Below are positions 36,576-47,977 of a stretch of 64,000 bases of DNA, piece after piece. Within the stretch, counting starts at the first letter, position 1. Each line of letters begins with the position of its first letter. A program made the position numbers and the translations under genes. The notes under the pieces are model-generated. The model was not told the origin of the DNA and made no database searches. It was given only the letters and a program-made list of their open reading frames with translations. Origin of the DNA: Azolla caroliniana (taxonomy: Eukaryota; Plantae; Polypodiophyta); NCBI GenBank assembly GCA_043228905.1, contig JBHGNT010000017.1, positions 3,782,001-3,846,000 of the forward strand, given 5' to 3'.

Positions 36576-39164
36576 GCGGCAAGTGAAGAAGAGTTGATGC
36601 TCATCACCAAGGAGAGTGAGATAAACCTTGCGGCGACGAGATGACTTGGGTGGTAGACTCCGGAGCGTCGTTCCATCTTACCCCGGACCGGAAATGCTTC
36701 TCATCCTACTCAGCCGGTGATCACGACTGTGTCCGGATGGGGAATGAAGGTACATGCCAAATTGTCGGCATAGGAGACGTGTGGCTGTCGACACCAATCG
36801 GATGCAAGTTGCTGTTGAGGGATGTCCGACACGTTCCGGAGGTTCGACTGAACCTGATATCAGCCGGTCGGCTAGATGATGAGGGCTACACGGGTAGCAT
36901 CCGGAACGGTGTCATGAAGTTCAACAAAGGAAGCTTGATTGTGGCTCGAGCCCGGAAGGTAAACACACTGTACCTGATGAATGCCCGGTTATGCCCGGAA
37001 GAAGTGAACGTGGCATCTGACACTGCTGGTAAGCTGTGGCACAAGAGGCTGTGTCATATGAGCGAGAAGGGGATGAAGAGGCTTGCAGACGACAACCTCA
37101 TTCCAGTGAAGAATGTGCACTTAGAGAAGTGCACTGATTGTCTGGCCGGTAAGTAGAACCGGACCTCCTTCTGACCAAGGCCACCGATGAGACGTAATGC
37201 ACCACTGGAGTTGGTGCATACGGATGTGTGTCAAGTAGACACGAAGTCACATGCCGGAGCGCAGTACTTCGTGACGTTCATAGATGACCACAGCCGGAAG
37301 CTGTGGCCCACACCGTTGAAGACAAAGGATCAGGTGTTATCCGTCTTCAAAGAGCTCCACGCGAGAGTGGAAAGAGAAACCGGCCGGAAGCTGAAGGCGG
37401 CTCGAGCAGTTAACGGAGGAGAATACCGGGGGCAGTTCGAGGAGCACTGCCGCTCGAAGGGAATTCGGCTCGAATTTACCGTGCTGAAGACGCCGGAACT
37501 AAACAGACTGGCCGAGAGGATGAACCGGACCATAATGGAGAGGGTCCGGAGTATGCTAGCGCATGCAAGACTACCCAAGAAGTTTTGGGTTGAGGCACTG
37601 TCGACAGCGACATACGTGATAAACAGATCACCCTCAGTACCCTTGGACGGAGACACGCCAAAGAGAGTCTGGACCGGTAAGGAAGTATCCTATCGGCATC
37701 TGAAGGTGTTCGGGTGTCTCGCGTACGTGCATGTAGCTAAGGACCGGAGAGGAATGTTGGATCCAAAGACCCGGCCATGCATATTCCTCGGTTACGGTGA
37801 CGATGAGTTCGGCTACCGAGTGTGGGACCTGGTCGACAAGAAGGTATTCCGGAGTCGAGATATTATCTTCATGGAGAACAAGACGCTCGCCGACTGGGAG
37901 TCGGAGAAGAAGATAATGAACTCCGAGTCAACCAGTAAGGATCGACTCTACGATGAGCAGACCCAACTGGCAAGAGACCGGTTAGCACTCGAGGGACCAA
38001 CCGGTTACAGTGAGGATACCGAACAGGCTGAAGAAGAAGTAGAGGAAGCTGAAACCGGAACCGGCCAAGACCCCGAATCGGATTCGGATGAAGAGCAGAT
38101 GGATGAGCCAGTCACCGAAGCCCAGAGACGGAGATATCCTCTCAGAGAGAGAAGGCCCCCCCGGAGATTTCCGGATGCAGAGCATGTTCTGCTGACCGAT
38201 GAGGGGGAGCCGGAAAGCTTCGAAGAAGCGAAGGAAGACACCCACAGCCGAAAATGGTTAAGTGCCATGTAGGATGAGATGGATTCCCTGCATGAGAACC
38301 ATACGTACGAATTGGTGGAGCTGCCGAAAGGAAAGCGGGCACTCCGAAACAAATGGGTGTACAAGTTGAAACCGGTGTCGGGGTTACTACGCCCTTGCGT
38401 GTAGAAAGGAGGAGGGACCACGGGGGTCTCGAACCGAAGAGCAAGAGAGAGAGGGGTAAGAGAGAGAGACCCGGTTACACAGAACCGAAGATCCGATTGC
38501 GCCGGACCGACGATTGCACAGGGACACGGCCCAACAAACAGAGATCACAAATAAACGCCGACGCAGATGGACGCAACAACGAGAGATATGTACTTATGAA
38601 TGCAAGAAAATAACAGACTAAAGTATTACAACCCACGGTGGGGCACAAAATAGATACTAACGAAAACGAACAGGGCGGCGAACAGCTGCCGACCCCTGTA
38701 TGTCGCGACGCACAGAAAGGGAAAACAGGTCGGAGGTGCTGCAGGACGCACTCGGGGCGTTCCACGGAACAGCGCAAGCCTCCTCGAAACCTGCACAGGT
38801 GCGCGATGGAGCAGAAGACAGAGAGAGCAGGAGTGAGAGAGAAGCTCCGAAATCGGTTCGGCAGCACTTCGTCCTCTCCGCGGGAGATGCCCCACTTCTA
38901 TTCTTCCTCTTCCTTTTATAGCCCGTCAAGAGGCCGTTTGGCATTAATTGCATACCAACCGAATCTACCCACCTAGGATCCTCGTATGTACCAACTTCGT
39001 CCTTAGGTACTTCTTGGCGCGCGTGTGTGTGTAGAGCCGTTTCCCACGCCTTGTTCCTCCGATTCCTCTTGTGGGCGGTTTTCTTCACGACATCCGCCCC
39101 CACCTAACCGCGCATCCACCGGCATGCACCAAATTAAGTTGGCACGGAGAAAACCGGCCCGCCT

Positions 39165-42100
39165 CTACTCTTCGCCTGCCGGCCCTTCCTCGGCCTCGGA
39201 TCGGTCGTCGCTGCTGTCCAGGAGAATCGGGTCGGGTTCGTCGTCGTGCCGCTTCTTGAAAGCTTTGATCCTCTTCCCGGCCACGGGTATCGCTATTCTC
39301 GTACCGTCGAGCTCCGCCAGATGATACGTCCCGTTGTCGTTGGCGCTCTGTACCGTGTACGGCCCGAACCATCTCCGTGCGAACTTCCGCGTTGCTCGGT
39401 GCTGGTTGTCGAGGCTGCTGTCGTAGACGAGCACCCAGTCACCTTCGTCGATTTTCTTCGGTCGTAGCCGGTGCGTTCGGTCGAACCGGGCTTTGTTCTT
39501 TGTCCTCGCCACCCGGAGCTTCTCCGTAGCCAGTGCCACGTCCTCCGGTCTCCGCTCGAGCTGTCGTATACGTGCGGCCAACAACTCCTCCCGGCTCATC
39601 TCGACCCTCCAGTCGACCGTTGCCCACGAGGAGATCGTCCGTTCAATCGGCATGATCGGCTTCTGGCCGAACATGAGCTCCGTCGGCATGTACCCGGTTA
39701 CCGAACTGTGCGTGGTCCGGTCTGCCCACAAAGCATAAGGTAGCAGCCGGGGCCAGTTACCGACTCGACCTCCGCATGCCCGAATCAACGCCTTGACGAT
39801 CGGTCCGTGTCCGCGCTCCACCTTTCCATTCGCCTCCGGATTGTACGCAGTGGTGAGCGAGAGCTTGACTCCAAGCCGGTCGAACAGCTCCGCGGCCTCT
39901 TCGGCGTCCAACTCCCCTCGGTCAGCCACGATCTTCCCGACGCACCCGTACCGGCATATCACGTCCTCGACTAGGAACCGACACACGGCCGCGGTCGTCT
40001 TGTTCTGAAGGGCTCGGCCTTCCACCTGGTTCGTCAGGTCTTCCCGCGCTAGGACCAGATACCGCATCTGTCCTACCCCCATCGGCATCGTCACCAGATC
40101 TACCATCCATTTGAAGTGGATAGTCGGAGGGTACGTAGGGTGAAGCCCGTCCCGGTGTCGGACTATCGAGTGCATCTGACAACTCTCGCAAGTTGACACG
40201 AACCGATGCACGTCCCGGTACAATCCCGGCCACCAGTACTTCCCCTTCAGCTTCTCAAACGTCGCCCACGTTCCACGGTGTCCAGCCCAAGGGCTGTCGT
40301 GGTAGGCCGCCAGTAGCTCCTCCTGTACTTCCTTCATCGCCACCACCCGGAGCGGGACGCCGTCCCTCTTCTTCGGGTGCTTCCATAGATGCCCATCTCG
40401 GAGAAAGAATCGATATGCTTTCTTCCGGATCCGGTTGGCCTCGTCCTTCGTCCATGACGCATCGGGCGTCATTGTCTTCAAAAACCCGCCGATCTGCAGC
40501 CACTCCCCGTCGTACTTGCTCGCGTCGAACTCGTTAAGCGCCGGAGTGCTCACCCCGTCGGTCGTTATGTATGCCGCCCCGAAGAAATCCACGCCGACTT
40601 CTTCGTCTTCCGAAACCATGCCGCCCTCGTCGTCGAACCTCGCCCTCGAAAGCATGTCGGCCATGGCGTTGTCTTTCCCGGAAATGTGTCGTATTTCCGG
40701 GTCCAGGGACTTGATGTACGCTATCCACCTGAGCATCGCCAGGTCCGGAGTCGCGCATCCGGAAACCATACCGAGAATCGGCAGGCAATCCGTCTCGATG
40801 ATCACTTCCGTCCCTATCAGGTAGTCTTTGTCGGCCTTAACCGCCGAAACAATACCCCAGAGTTCGCGTTTAACCTGGGCGTATCCTCGCTGCCGTTCAC
40901 TGAGGACTTTCGCGCCGAATCGGATCGGAAACCGATTGCCGTCCTCGTCTTCCTGGTTCACGACCCATCCGATCCCGGTCGGACTGGTATCCACCGTTAT
41001 GAATACCGGGGTACCCTTCCCGTATACCGCCTTCCGGAGTGCCGGTGCCGCTGCAAGGGCCTCTTTCAGCTTCCGGACCGATTCCGCGTGCTCGTCTAGC
41101 CATTCGAACCTTCGCCCCTTTTTCAGCAACCCGTAGAGTGGCTCCGCGACGTGTGCGTAATGCGGGATCCATATATGGTAGAACGCGCATGCCCCCAGGA
41201 ATCTCCGTACTTCCGTGACCGAGCTGCAGTCGGGCTTCATCGCGGAGATGGCTTCTACCTTTGTCGGAGACGGTTTCCGGCCATATGGTCCGCACAGGTG
41301 TCCGACCACCATGATTTCTGACTGCCCGAAGGCCGACTTCTCCCCGGAGAAGGTGAGTCTCGCATCCTCTAGCCTTTGCAGCACCTTCTCGCAGTCGTCG
41401 ATGTGCGTCGCCACGAATCGCCGGCATCCGTCCGGCCCGATCGTCTCGTCCTTTTTCTCCACCGGGCATCCCTTGATCGGGATGTCGTCCAGAAACGGCA
41501 TGGTGATGTCCGGGATACAGTCCCTCAGAACCTTGTTCATCGCATTCACCATGTGGGCCACCGAGTTGGTCCCTCCTTGCGGCAGTGTACACATCCGAAC
41601 TAGGCCGAGGGGAGTTCGCATCGTCGTAATGTCTCTGCTCTCCACGGCTAGCTGGAACTGGTCGTACCCTGAGTATAGATCCCCGACCGAGTAAATTGAC
41701 CTTCCGGCGAAGGCCTCCGCGAACTCGTCTATGGTCGGTCCGATCCCTGCGTTCCGAATGGTCACTCGATTGACCGGCTGCAGGTCCTGGATGAAGCGCA
41801 ACGAACCGTTTTTCTTCGGTACGGTAAACCATCGATTTGAATATGGGGCGCTCGACGGCTCGAGAATTCCCATATCAACTTTCTGCCTCAGCAGCTCCAT
41901 CAACTTCGGGATGTGAGCTCTCGGAACCGGGATTGGCTTGAGATTCCATGGTACATGCGGTACCGTGAATATCACCATCGGCTCCACGATCGTCGGGTCA
42001 ACGCACCCGATTTCCTCCGGCGAGAATGCGAAGGCTTTCCCGTGCCTTCCGAGCATTCTCCGAAACCGGTCTTCCTCCGCCGGCAGTAGGAACCCGCCCC

Positions 42101-42662
42101 CACCTATTTTGAGCTCTCGGAGCGTCTCGTCGGTGAAGGTGTGCCCTATGCAGGCCGGATCTCGTAGACTAGGGTCCGATGCAACCCCTTTGATTCTCGA
42201 CGCGCTGTCCTCCGGTAAGGGTGCCGCGACTGGCCTTACCTTCCGGTCCACAGTCTTGTACTTGGTGCTTACGTGGGCCGTCCGAACTGACTCGAGCCCT
42301 CGACCGAAGTCCGCGATGACTTCGTACATCTCCTCGGAACACACCGGTATCGTCCGGTCTTCGTTAAGGCCTTCTTCGACTACCTTTCCCAGCATTCCCA
42401 AGGTGTCGTCGAATGAGACCGCCTCCACGGCTCCGCTGATTTCCTCGTCCGGGCCGAGAATTCCGCACGCTCGAAGTCTCCCCTCCGCCTTTGTCTTCTC
42501 TCGGCCGCCGATGCCGACTATCTTACACGCTCCGCTGTCGGAGAACAAAAATTCCCTACCCATGGTACAAGGTTTCTTCGGTTTTATCGTACAGGTGTGG
42601 GGTTTCCCCGGGGTGTCCGGACTGTCGCGGCCCCACGCCTTGGCAGCCCTCTCTAAAAATCC
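39165..42662 (-). CDS. G2 RT-RNase H-integrase ORF, intact, probably entered by -1 frameshift
   Basis: 1132-aa ORF with 'LRFIQDLQPVN', 'DLYSGYDQ', 'PFLDDI', RH 'ITVDTS', INT 'GHRG...CESC...VDLV...ADRG...YNPEANG' and 'WFGPY'. The frame stays open upstream to the GGATTTT site. Confidence 0.92.
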   Translation of the reverse strand, partial: GFLERAAKAWGRDSPDTPGKPHTCTIKPKKPCTMGREFLFSDSGACKIVGIGGREKTKAEGRLRACGILGPDEEISGAVEAVSFDDTLGMLGKVVEEGLNEDRTIPVCSEEMYEVIADFGRGLESVRTAHVSTKYKTVDRKVRPVAAPLPEDSASRIKGVASDPSLRDPACIGHTFTDETLRELKIGGGGFLLPAEEDRFRRMLGRHGKAFAFSPEEIGCVDPTIVEPMVIFTVPHVPWNLKPIPVPRAHIPKLMELLRQKVDMGILEPSSAPYSNRWFTVPKKNGSLRFIQDLQPVNRVTIRNAGIGPTIDEFAEAFAGRSIYSVGDLYSGYDQFQLAVESRDITTMRTPLGLVRMCTLPQGGTNSVAHMVNAMNKVLRDCIPDITMPFLDDIPIKGCPVEKKDETIGPDGCRRFVATHIDDCEKVLQRLEDARLTFSGEKSAFGQSEIMVVGHLCGPYGRKPSPTKVEAISAMKPDCSSVTEVRRFLGACAFYHIWIPHYAHVAEPLYGLLKKGRRFEWLDEHAESVRKLKEALAAAPALRKAVYGKGTPVFITVDTSPTGIGWVVNQEDEDGNRFPIRFGAKVLSERQRGYAQVKRELWGIVSAVKADKDYLIGTEVIIETDCLPILGMVSGCATPDLAMLRWIAYIKSLDPEIRHISGKDNAMADMLSRARFDDEGGMVSEDEEVGVDFFGAAYITTDGVSTPALNEFDASKYDGEWLQIGGFLKTMTPDASWTKDEANRIRKKAYRFFLRDGHLWKHPKKRDGVPLRVVAMKEVQEELLAAYHDSPWAGHRGTWATFEKLKGKYWWPGLYRDVHRFVSTCESCQMHSIVRHRDGLHPTYPPTIHFKWMVDLVTMPMGVGQMRYLVLAREDLTNQVEGRALQNKTTAAVCRFLVEDVICRYGCVGKIVADRGELDAEEAAELFDRLGVKLSLTTAYNPEANGKVERGHGPIVKALIRACGGRVGNWPRLLPYALWADRTTHSSVTGYMPTELMFGQKPIMPIERTISSWATVDWRVEMSREELLAARIRQLERRPEDVALATEKLRVARTKNKARFDRTHRLRPKKIDEGDWVLVYDSSLDNQHRATRKFARRWFGPYTVQSANDNGTYHLAELDGTRIAIPVAGKRIKAFKKRHDDEPDPILLDSSDDRSEAEEGPAGEE

Positions 42663-44779
42663 TCTCGGTTATCGGAACCGAGGGAGTTGCGGTTACGCTC
42701 GTGGTTCGGCCTAACCGTCAAAAACTGGACCGAATGGCGCCCGTCCTGGCTCTTGACCCGCGCATAGGCCGAACCGTTGTCCAGCACCTTGGTCTCCATT
42801 CGAGCCGCCGTGATGTACGGCTCTCCCAGTATGACGGGGTGCGATGACGACTCCTGCACGAAGAAGTGCTGGTCTATCTCGACATCGCCGATCTTGACCC
42901 GTACATTCGTGCAGGCCCCGTGAAGTTCCTCGGTGGCGCGCGTCGCCGCCCTTATCCTCCACCCGTGCTTGGTGTTGATCGGCCATTTGCCCTTCTTATA
43001 GAAGTCCATGGACATCAGGTTGATTTCCGATCCGTGGTCCACCAAAGCTACTACCGGTTCCTGGACATCGCCGATCTTTACCGGGGTTTCCGTGGTCGCT
43101 CGGGCCCAGTGTGGCCGCGAATAGTGGCTCTCCGCCCACTCGTCTTCCAGCGCCATGTCGTCCAGGTGCGTCGTCCGCACTTCCACCGGTCTTTCCGGTT
43201 CTGTCTCCGTTGACAGCCTCTTCCGTTTCACCAAGTCCACGATGGAGTCGTGGAACTCCTTCTTGGCGATTCCCAGCACCTCCCGTAGCGACAGCTCCAC
43301 CTTGCTGTCGAGGATCCGTTCCTCCAGGACCTTTCGTAAGTCCGTGGTTCTTTCTATCTCCGTCCCCAGACGGTATCCGCCCTTCTAGGGTTTATCTTGC
43401 GTACCGGCCCCGCCGGCTTCGTCCCGTCGTGGCCCGGACCGGGTCTCGTATCGTTGTGAGGGCCCGGTCGTCCCGGGTTTCCCCACCCGCTTCTCTTCTA
43501 CCAGAGCCTCGTAGTTCCGGCAAGCGGCTTCCACGAAGCCCGTCTTTTCCTCGACCGGGTCGCTCCACCCGGTCATCTCCCGTACCCGTTTCTCCGCACG
43601 GTCCGATTCCTCCCTTTTAAGCCCTGCACCGGCAAGGCCTTCTAGCATCGTCGGCCAGAATCCGGCTTTGCTTTCCTTTCGGGCCTCGCCGCCCCCGACT
43701 CGAATGCCGGCCGACGCCGAGTAGTGGACGGTTTCCGCATGTCGGGCCGCCGCCTCTTCCATCAACCTCTTCATTCCGCCTCGCCCGTCGTTTCGGTTTA
43801 GGGCCCTTCTCGTGTCGTTGGCGTGAACCCGACCTTCCCATAGGTACACCACCCGGTTCCTCAGCGCCTCTGCGAAATCGCCGCAGTCTTTTCGGATGTG
43901 GCCGACCCCGTCGCACCACATGCACCTGTTCCCTGCCGCCGGCCGTCGGTCACGAGCAGGTCCTCCGCCTTCTCTGCGGGCTTGTGCGATTTGGAGGTCT
44001 TTTATCGCCCTCGTCAGTTCCTCCAACGCAGCTCCTCCAGTCGAGCCTCCGATCACGCCGGTCGGAGCCGAACCGGATTCCAGCCACTCCCGAGTCTCTT
44101 CCCTTCGCACCGGCTGCGCCGGCTCGAGTTTCCTCGCCGCGACTGAGCCCGACCCGGTTGCTCTGTCATCCTCCCATTCTCGCCGTTTGTCGAAACGGCC
44201 GCAGGCTCTCTTGACCGCCGCCCAGTCGGCTGTCAGCCCATCTTCGGTTTCTAGCAGGGCGCCCACGTGACTCCGATCCCTCTCGTCAACCGATTTGACG
44301 AACAGCAGGACCCGGCTTGTATCCAGGACCATCCTGTCAAGCGCCGAAAGGCGCGCGAAGTTCTCCTCGAACTCCCGGAGGAGTGCCGACGCATTCCTTC
44401 CTTTCCCGGGAGACTCCACCCACTCCATGAAGCTTCGCTTCGAAAGCCGGAGCGCGTCGTCCAGTCCGTATTTTTCCAGGAGCCGACCTTCGAACTCCTC
44501 CCAGGTACGGCTCTCCGCCCGCACCTCGAGCACCTCCGCGTGGATGCTCGGCATCGCCACTCGGGGAAAACCGGCCAGACGCCTGTCTTCCGGAATGTCG
44601 CGCATTAACATTTCCGCACCGTAGGACGCCAGGTACTTCGTGGCATCTTTTCCGGTGAATCGACCGATCGTTCCGACGACCGCCTCAATAGCTCTATCGA
44701 GGGCGCCGGTGCCCTCGCGCGCGCTTACTATCCGATCCACGGCCGAAGCCATGGCCTCTGCAAGATCCGCCCCCTTCAT
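42653..44779 (-). CDS. G2 gag-protease ORF with one in-frame TAG (43385-43387)
   Basis: ORFs 43385-44779 and 42653-43300 share a frame. Zinc knuckle CMWCDGVGHIRKDC; protease 'ALVDHGSEINLM...VILGEP'. Confidence 0.85.
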
Positions 44780-44801
44780 TTCCTACTCTTCTGCCGCCTC
44801 T

Positions 44802-44819
44802 TTCACGTCGGGTTCACCA
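44802..44819 (-). promoter_or_regulatory. G2 primer-binding site, tRNA-Trp
   Basis: TGGTGAACCCGACGTGAA is complementary to the plant tRNA-Trp 3' end (UUCACGUCGGGUUCACCA, recalled). It lies 3 nt from the 5' LTR. Confidence 0.85.
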
Positions 44820-47526
44820 AGATGTCGGGGTTACTACGCCCTTGCGTGTAGAAAGGAGGAGGGACCACGGGGGTCTCGAACCGAAGAGCAAGAGAGAGAG
44901 GGGTAAGAGAGAGAGACCCGGTTACACAGAACCGAAGATCCGATTGCGCCGGACCGACGATTGCACAGGGACACGGCCCAACAAACAGAGATCACAAATA
45001 AACGCCGACGCAGATGGACGCAACAACGAGAGATATGTACTTATGAATGCAAGAAAATAACAGACTAAAGTATTACAACCCACGGTGGGGCACAAAATAG
45101 ATACTAACGAAAACGAACAGGGCGGCGAACAGCTGCCGACCCCTGTATGTCGCGACGCACAGAAAGGGAAAACAGGTCGGAGGTGCTGCAGGACGCACTC
45201 GGGGCGTTCCACGGAACAGCGCAAGCCTCCTCGAAACCTGCACAGGTGCGCGATGGAGCAGAAGACAGAGAGAGCAGGAGTGAGAGAGAAGCTCTGAAAT
45301 CGGTTCGGCAGCACTTCGTCCTCTCCGCGGGAGATGCCCCACTTCTATTCTTCCTCTTCCTTTTATAGCCCGTCAAGAGGCCGTTTGGCATTAACTGCAT
45401 ACCAACCGAATCTACCCACCTAGGATCCTCGTATGTACCAACTTCGTCCTTAGGTACTTCTTGGCGCGCGTGTGTGTGTAGAGCCGTTTCCCACGCCTTG
45501 TTCCTCCGATTCCTCTTGTGGGCGGTTTTCTTCACGACACCGGGAGATGCCGGCAACCCCCCGAGATACAAACCCAGGATCGTGGTGAAGGGGTTCCAGC
45601 AGAAGAAGGGCGTGGACTTCGACGAGATATTTGCCCCGGTAGTAAAAATGACCTCCATCCGGACGGTGCTGAGTATAGCGGCAAGCATGGACCTCGAGGT
45701 AGAACAGTTAGACGTGAAGACGACATTCCTTCACGGCGACCTCCAAGAGGAGATCTACATGCAGCAACCGGAGGGATTTGTGGAGAAAGGGAAGGAGCAT
45801 CTGGTATGCCGGTTGAAGAAGAGCCTCTACGGGTTGAAGCAGGCCCCCCGGCAATGGTACCGGAAGTTTGACTCCTTCATGACCGATCAAGGGTACCACA
45901 AGACGCAGGCTGATCACTGCGTGTTTGTGAAGAAGTTTGAAGGAGGCGACTTCCTGATACTCCTTCTGTACGTGGATGACATGTTGATCGTCGGACGTGA
46001 CCAAGTCAAAATACGAATGCTGAAGAAGGCTCTCAACCGGACCTTCTCAATGAAAGACTTGGGTCCGGCAAGACAGATGCTGGGGATGCACATCATTCGG
46101 GACCGGTCAAAGAAGCAATTATGGTTGTCACAGGAGAAGTACGTGACAAAGGTGCTTCACCGGTTCAACATGTCAGAAGCGAAACCGGTCGGATCACACT
46201 TTCGGCAAACTGCAGGCTATCCAGTAAGCAGAGCCCGAAGACGAAAGCAAAGAAGGCGGATATGATGAAGATTCCATATGCCTATGTCGTCGGGAGCTTG
46301 ATGTACGCAATGGTGTGTACCCGACCGGATATAGGATACGCAGTCGGAGTGGTGAGCCGGTTCATGAGCAATCCCGACAAGGAGCACTGGAACGCGGTCA
46401 AATGGATACTCTGGTATTTGAAGGGCACTTCAAACATGTGTCTCCGATTCGGCTCCGGGAAACCTCAACTTGACGGTTTTACCGATTCGGACATGTCGGC
46501 TGATGTGGATACCAGCCGATCTACATCCGGGTATGTAATGACATATGCAGGGGGAGCTGTTTCGTGGCAGTCGAGGCTGCAGAAGATGGTTGCATTGTCA
46601 ACCACAGAGGCGGAGTACATGGCGGTTGTGGAAGCTGGCAAGGAAATATTATGGGTGAAGGACTTCATCGGAGAGCTCGGTATCCGGCAAGAGGAATACC
46701 GACTCTATTGCGACAGTCAAAGTGCCATCCACCTTGCTAAGAATGCGGCCTACCATTCCTGGACGAAGCATATCCAACGGAGGTATCACTGGATCCGGGA
46801 AAGAGTAGATGACCAGGAGTTCGCACTGATGAAGATCCACACGGCTGAGAACAGGTCAGATATGCTACCAAAGTGCTAACACCCGACAAGCTAGACGCAT
46901 GCCGGAAGAGGATCGGACTGGTAAGACACCCCATGCTGGAGTGAAGGGGGAGTTTGTTGGGAGACAGGTCCCTCCGGATGGGAATGGAGAAGAATAGTGC
47001 TGATGAAACCGGATGAGGAGTACCCGGCTACGGAGAGTCGGATGGTGCAGACCCGGTATGAACCAGATGAAGAGACATATTCGTAAATATGTTTCTGAGA
47101 GTCCATCGAGGCTATATTTGTAAATAGCCGAAAAGTCATATTAGTATAAATATGACTTAGGGCAAACTTTTAGGAACTGTTGTTATTATTATTTCTTGTC
47201 TACGTGAGATCACAGCACGTAACAGTGTACAGAGAGAGAGAGAGAGAGAGAGAAAGAGGTCGCTGCCTCTGTTGTAACCACCGCCTGTGGCGAAGATCGT
47301 GAGCACGAGGTCGTTGCCTCGATGAACTCACTGTTTTGTATATTCCAACATAGTGATAGTTAGCAGCCTGTGGTTTTTCCCTTTAGTTTGGGTTTTCCAC
47401 GTAAACATCCTGTGCACCTTTTCTCTCCTTTGTGTCGTGTTTTTTTTTCGTTTCCTGTTTTCTGTGTATGATTCTAAGCTCGGTTGTGGCCGAGCATTGT
47501 GCATAAGGAGCCTTGAGTTCCCGACA

Positions 47527-47929
47527 GTTCCAGCCTTGTCAATTTTGGTTCCGGTGTTGGCAAGGTATCCGACTCCTCGTCCTCCGGTTCATTTGGGGCG
47601 TCGTTACTACTGCGGTAGTTCGTATGTGCGTTGTATTCCCCTTCCGAATCCGATTCAAAAGCCGAAAATGCTTCGGATTCGCCTTCGCCCGCTGCCAATG
47701 CCTGGAGAAGGGATTCCGCTTCCCGAAGGCTGCTTAGGCTGCTTCCTTCGTCCGGGTAGTCGTTTTGTGGTAACCAAAGTGACTCCTTGGCCACTCTCCG
47801 AATCACCTTGGAAAATGAGCGATCCGCTCTGATTTCTTCTGCCGCTTGCTGGAAAGCCTCTCGCTTCCTTAGCCGTTCAGAAGGTCTTCTTGCTCGCTTC
47901 GTAACGGGGTCGTTCGTTGGTCTAGTCAT
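47527..47929 (-). pseudogene. G1 gag N-terminal part
   Basis: ORF MTRPTNDP... starts just after the PBS and is cut by the C1 insertion. Confidence 0.7.
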
Positions 47930-47967
47930 CCATTCCCGACGATGTTCGCTGCGATTGTGCAGGAATC

Positions 47968-47977
47968 GTGGTCGCCA
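47968..47977 (-). promoter_or_regulatory. G1 primer-binding site, tRNA-Arg(UCG)-like
   Basis: TGGCGACCAC follows a CAGTTTT spacer downstream of the 5' LTR. Confidence 0.75.

Larger units (their letters stand above)
38376..45539 (-). mobile_element. G2: young full-length Ty3/Gypsy (Ylt1-like/non-chromovirus outgroup type) nested in C1 RT
   Basis: 717-bp LTRs at 38376-39092 and 44823-45539 (2 differences seen). 4-bp TSD CCGG. PBS at 44802-44819. PPT-like taggtgggggcgga on the minus strand at 39093-39106. Confidence 0.97.
34729..46944 (+). pseudogene. C1 gag-pol polyprotein, split by two insertions and premature stops
   Basis: Zinc knuckle CFYCGKPGHFQKNC; PR 'WVVDSGASFH'; GAG-pre-INT 'LWHKRL.HMSEKG'; INT 'ELVHTDVC...FIDDHSR'; RT 'QLDVKTTFLHG...YVDDML'; RH 'STTEAEY'. 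Confidence 0.92.
33944..47526 (+). mobile_element. C1: Ty1/Copia (Tnt1/Tork-like) nested in G1 gag
   Basis: LTRs at 33944-34698 and 46955-47526. TSD GTTCT/GTTCC. Met-i PBS TGGTATCAGAGC at 34701-34712. PPT gaagggggag at ~46943-46952. Confidence 0.95.

Noticed and set aside
39246-44650. Many long overlapping or antisense ORFs (e.g. 40897-41832, 41938-42714)
   Set aside because: These are shadow ORFs expected in GC-rich coding DNA and show no independent motifs.
38376-44823. G2 LTR offset (6447) equals the length of the duplicated gene block (6447)
   Set aside because: The two share no sequence, so this is a numerical coincidence.
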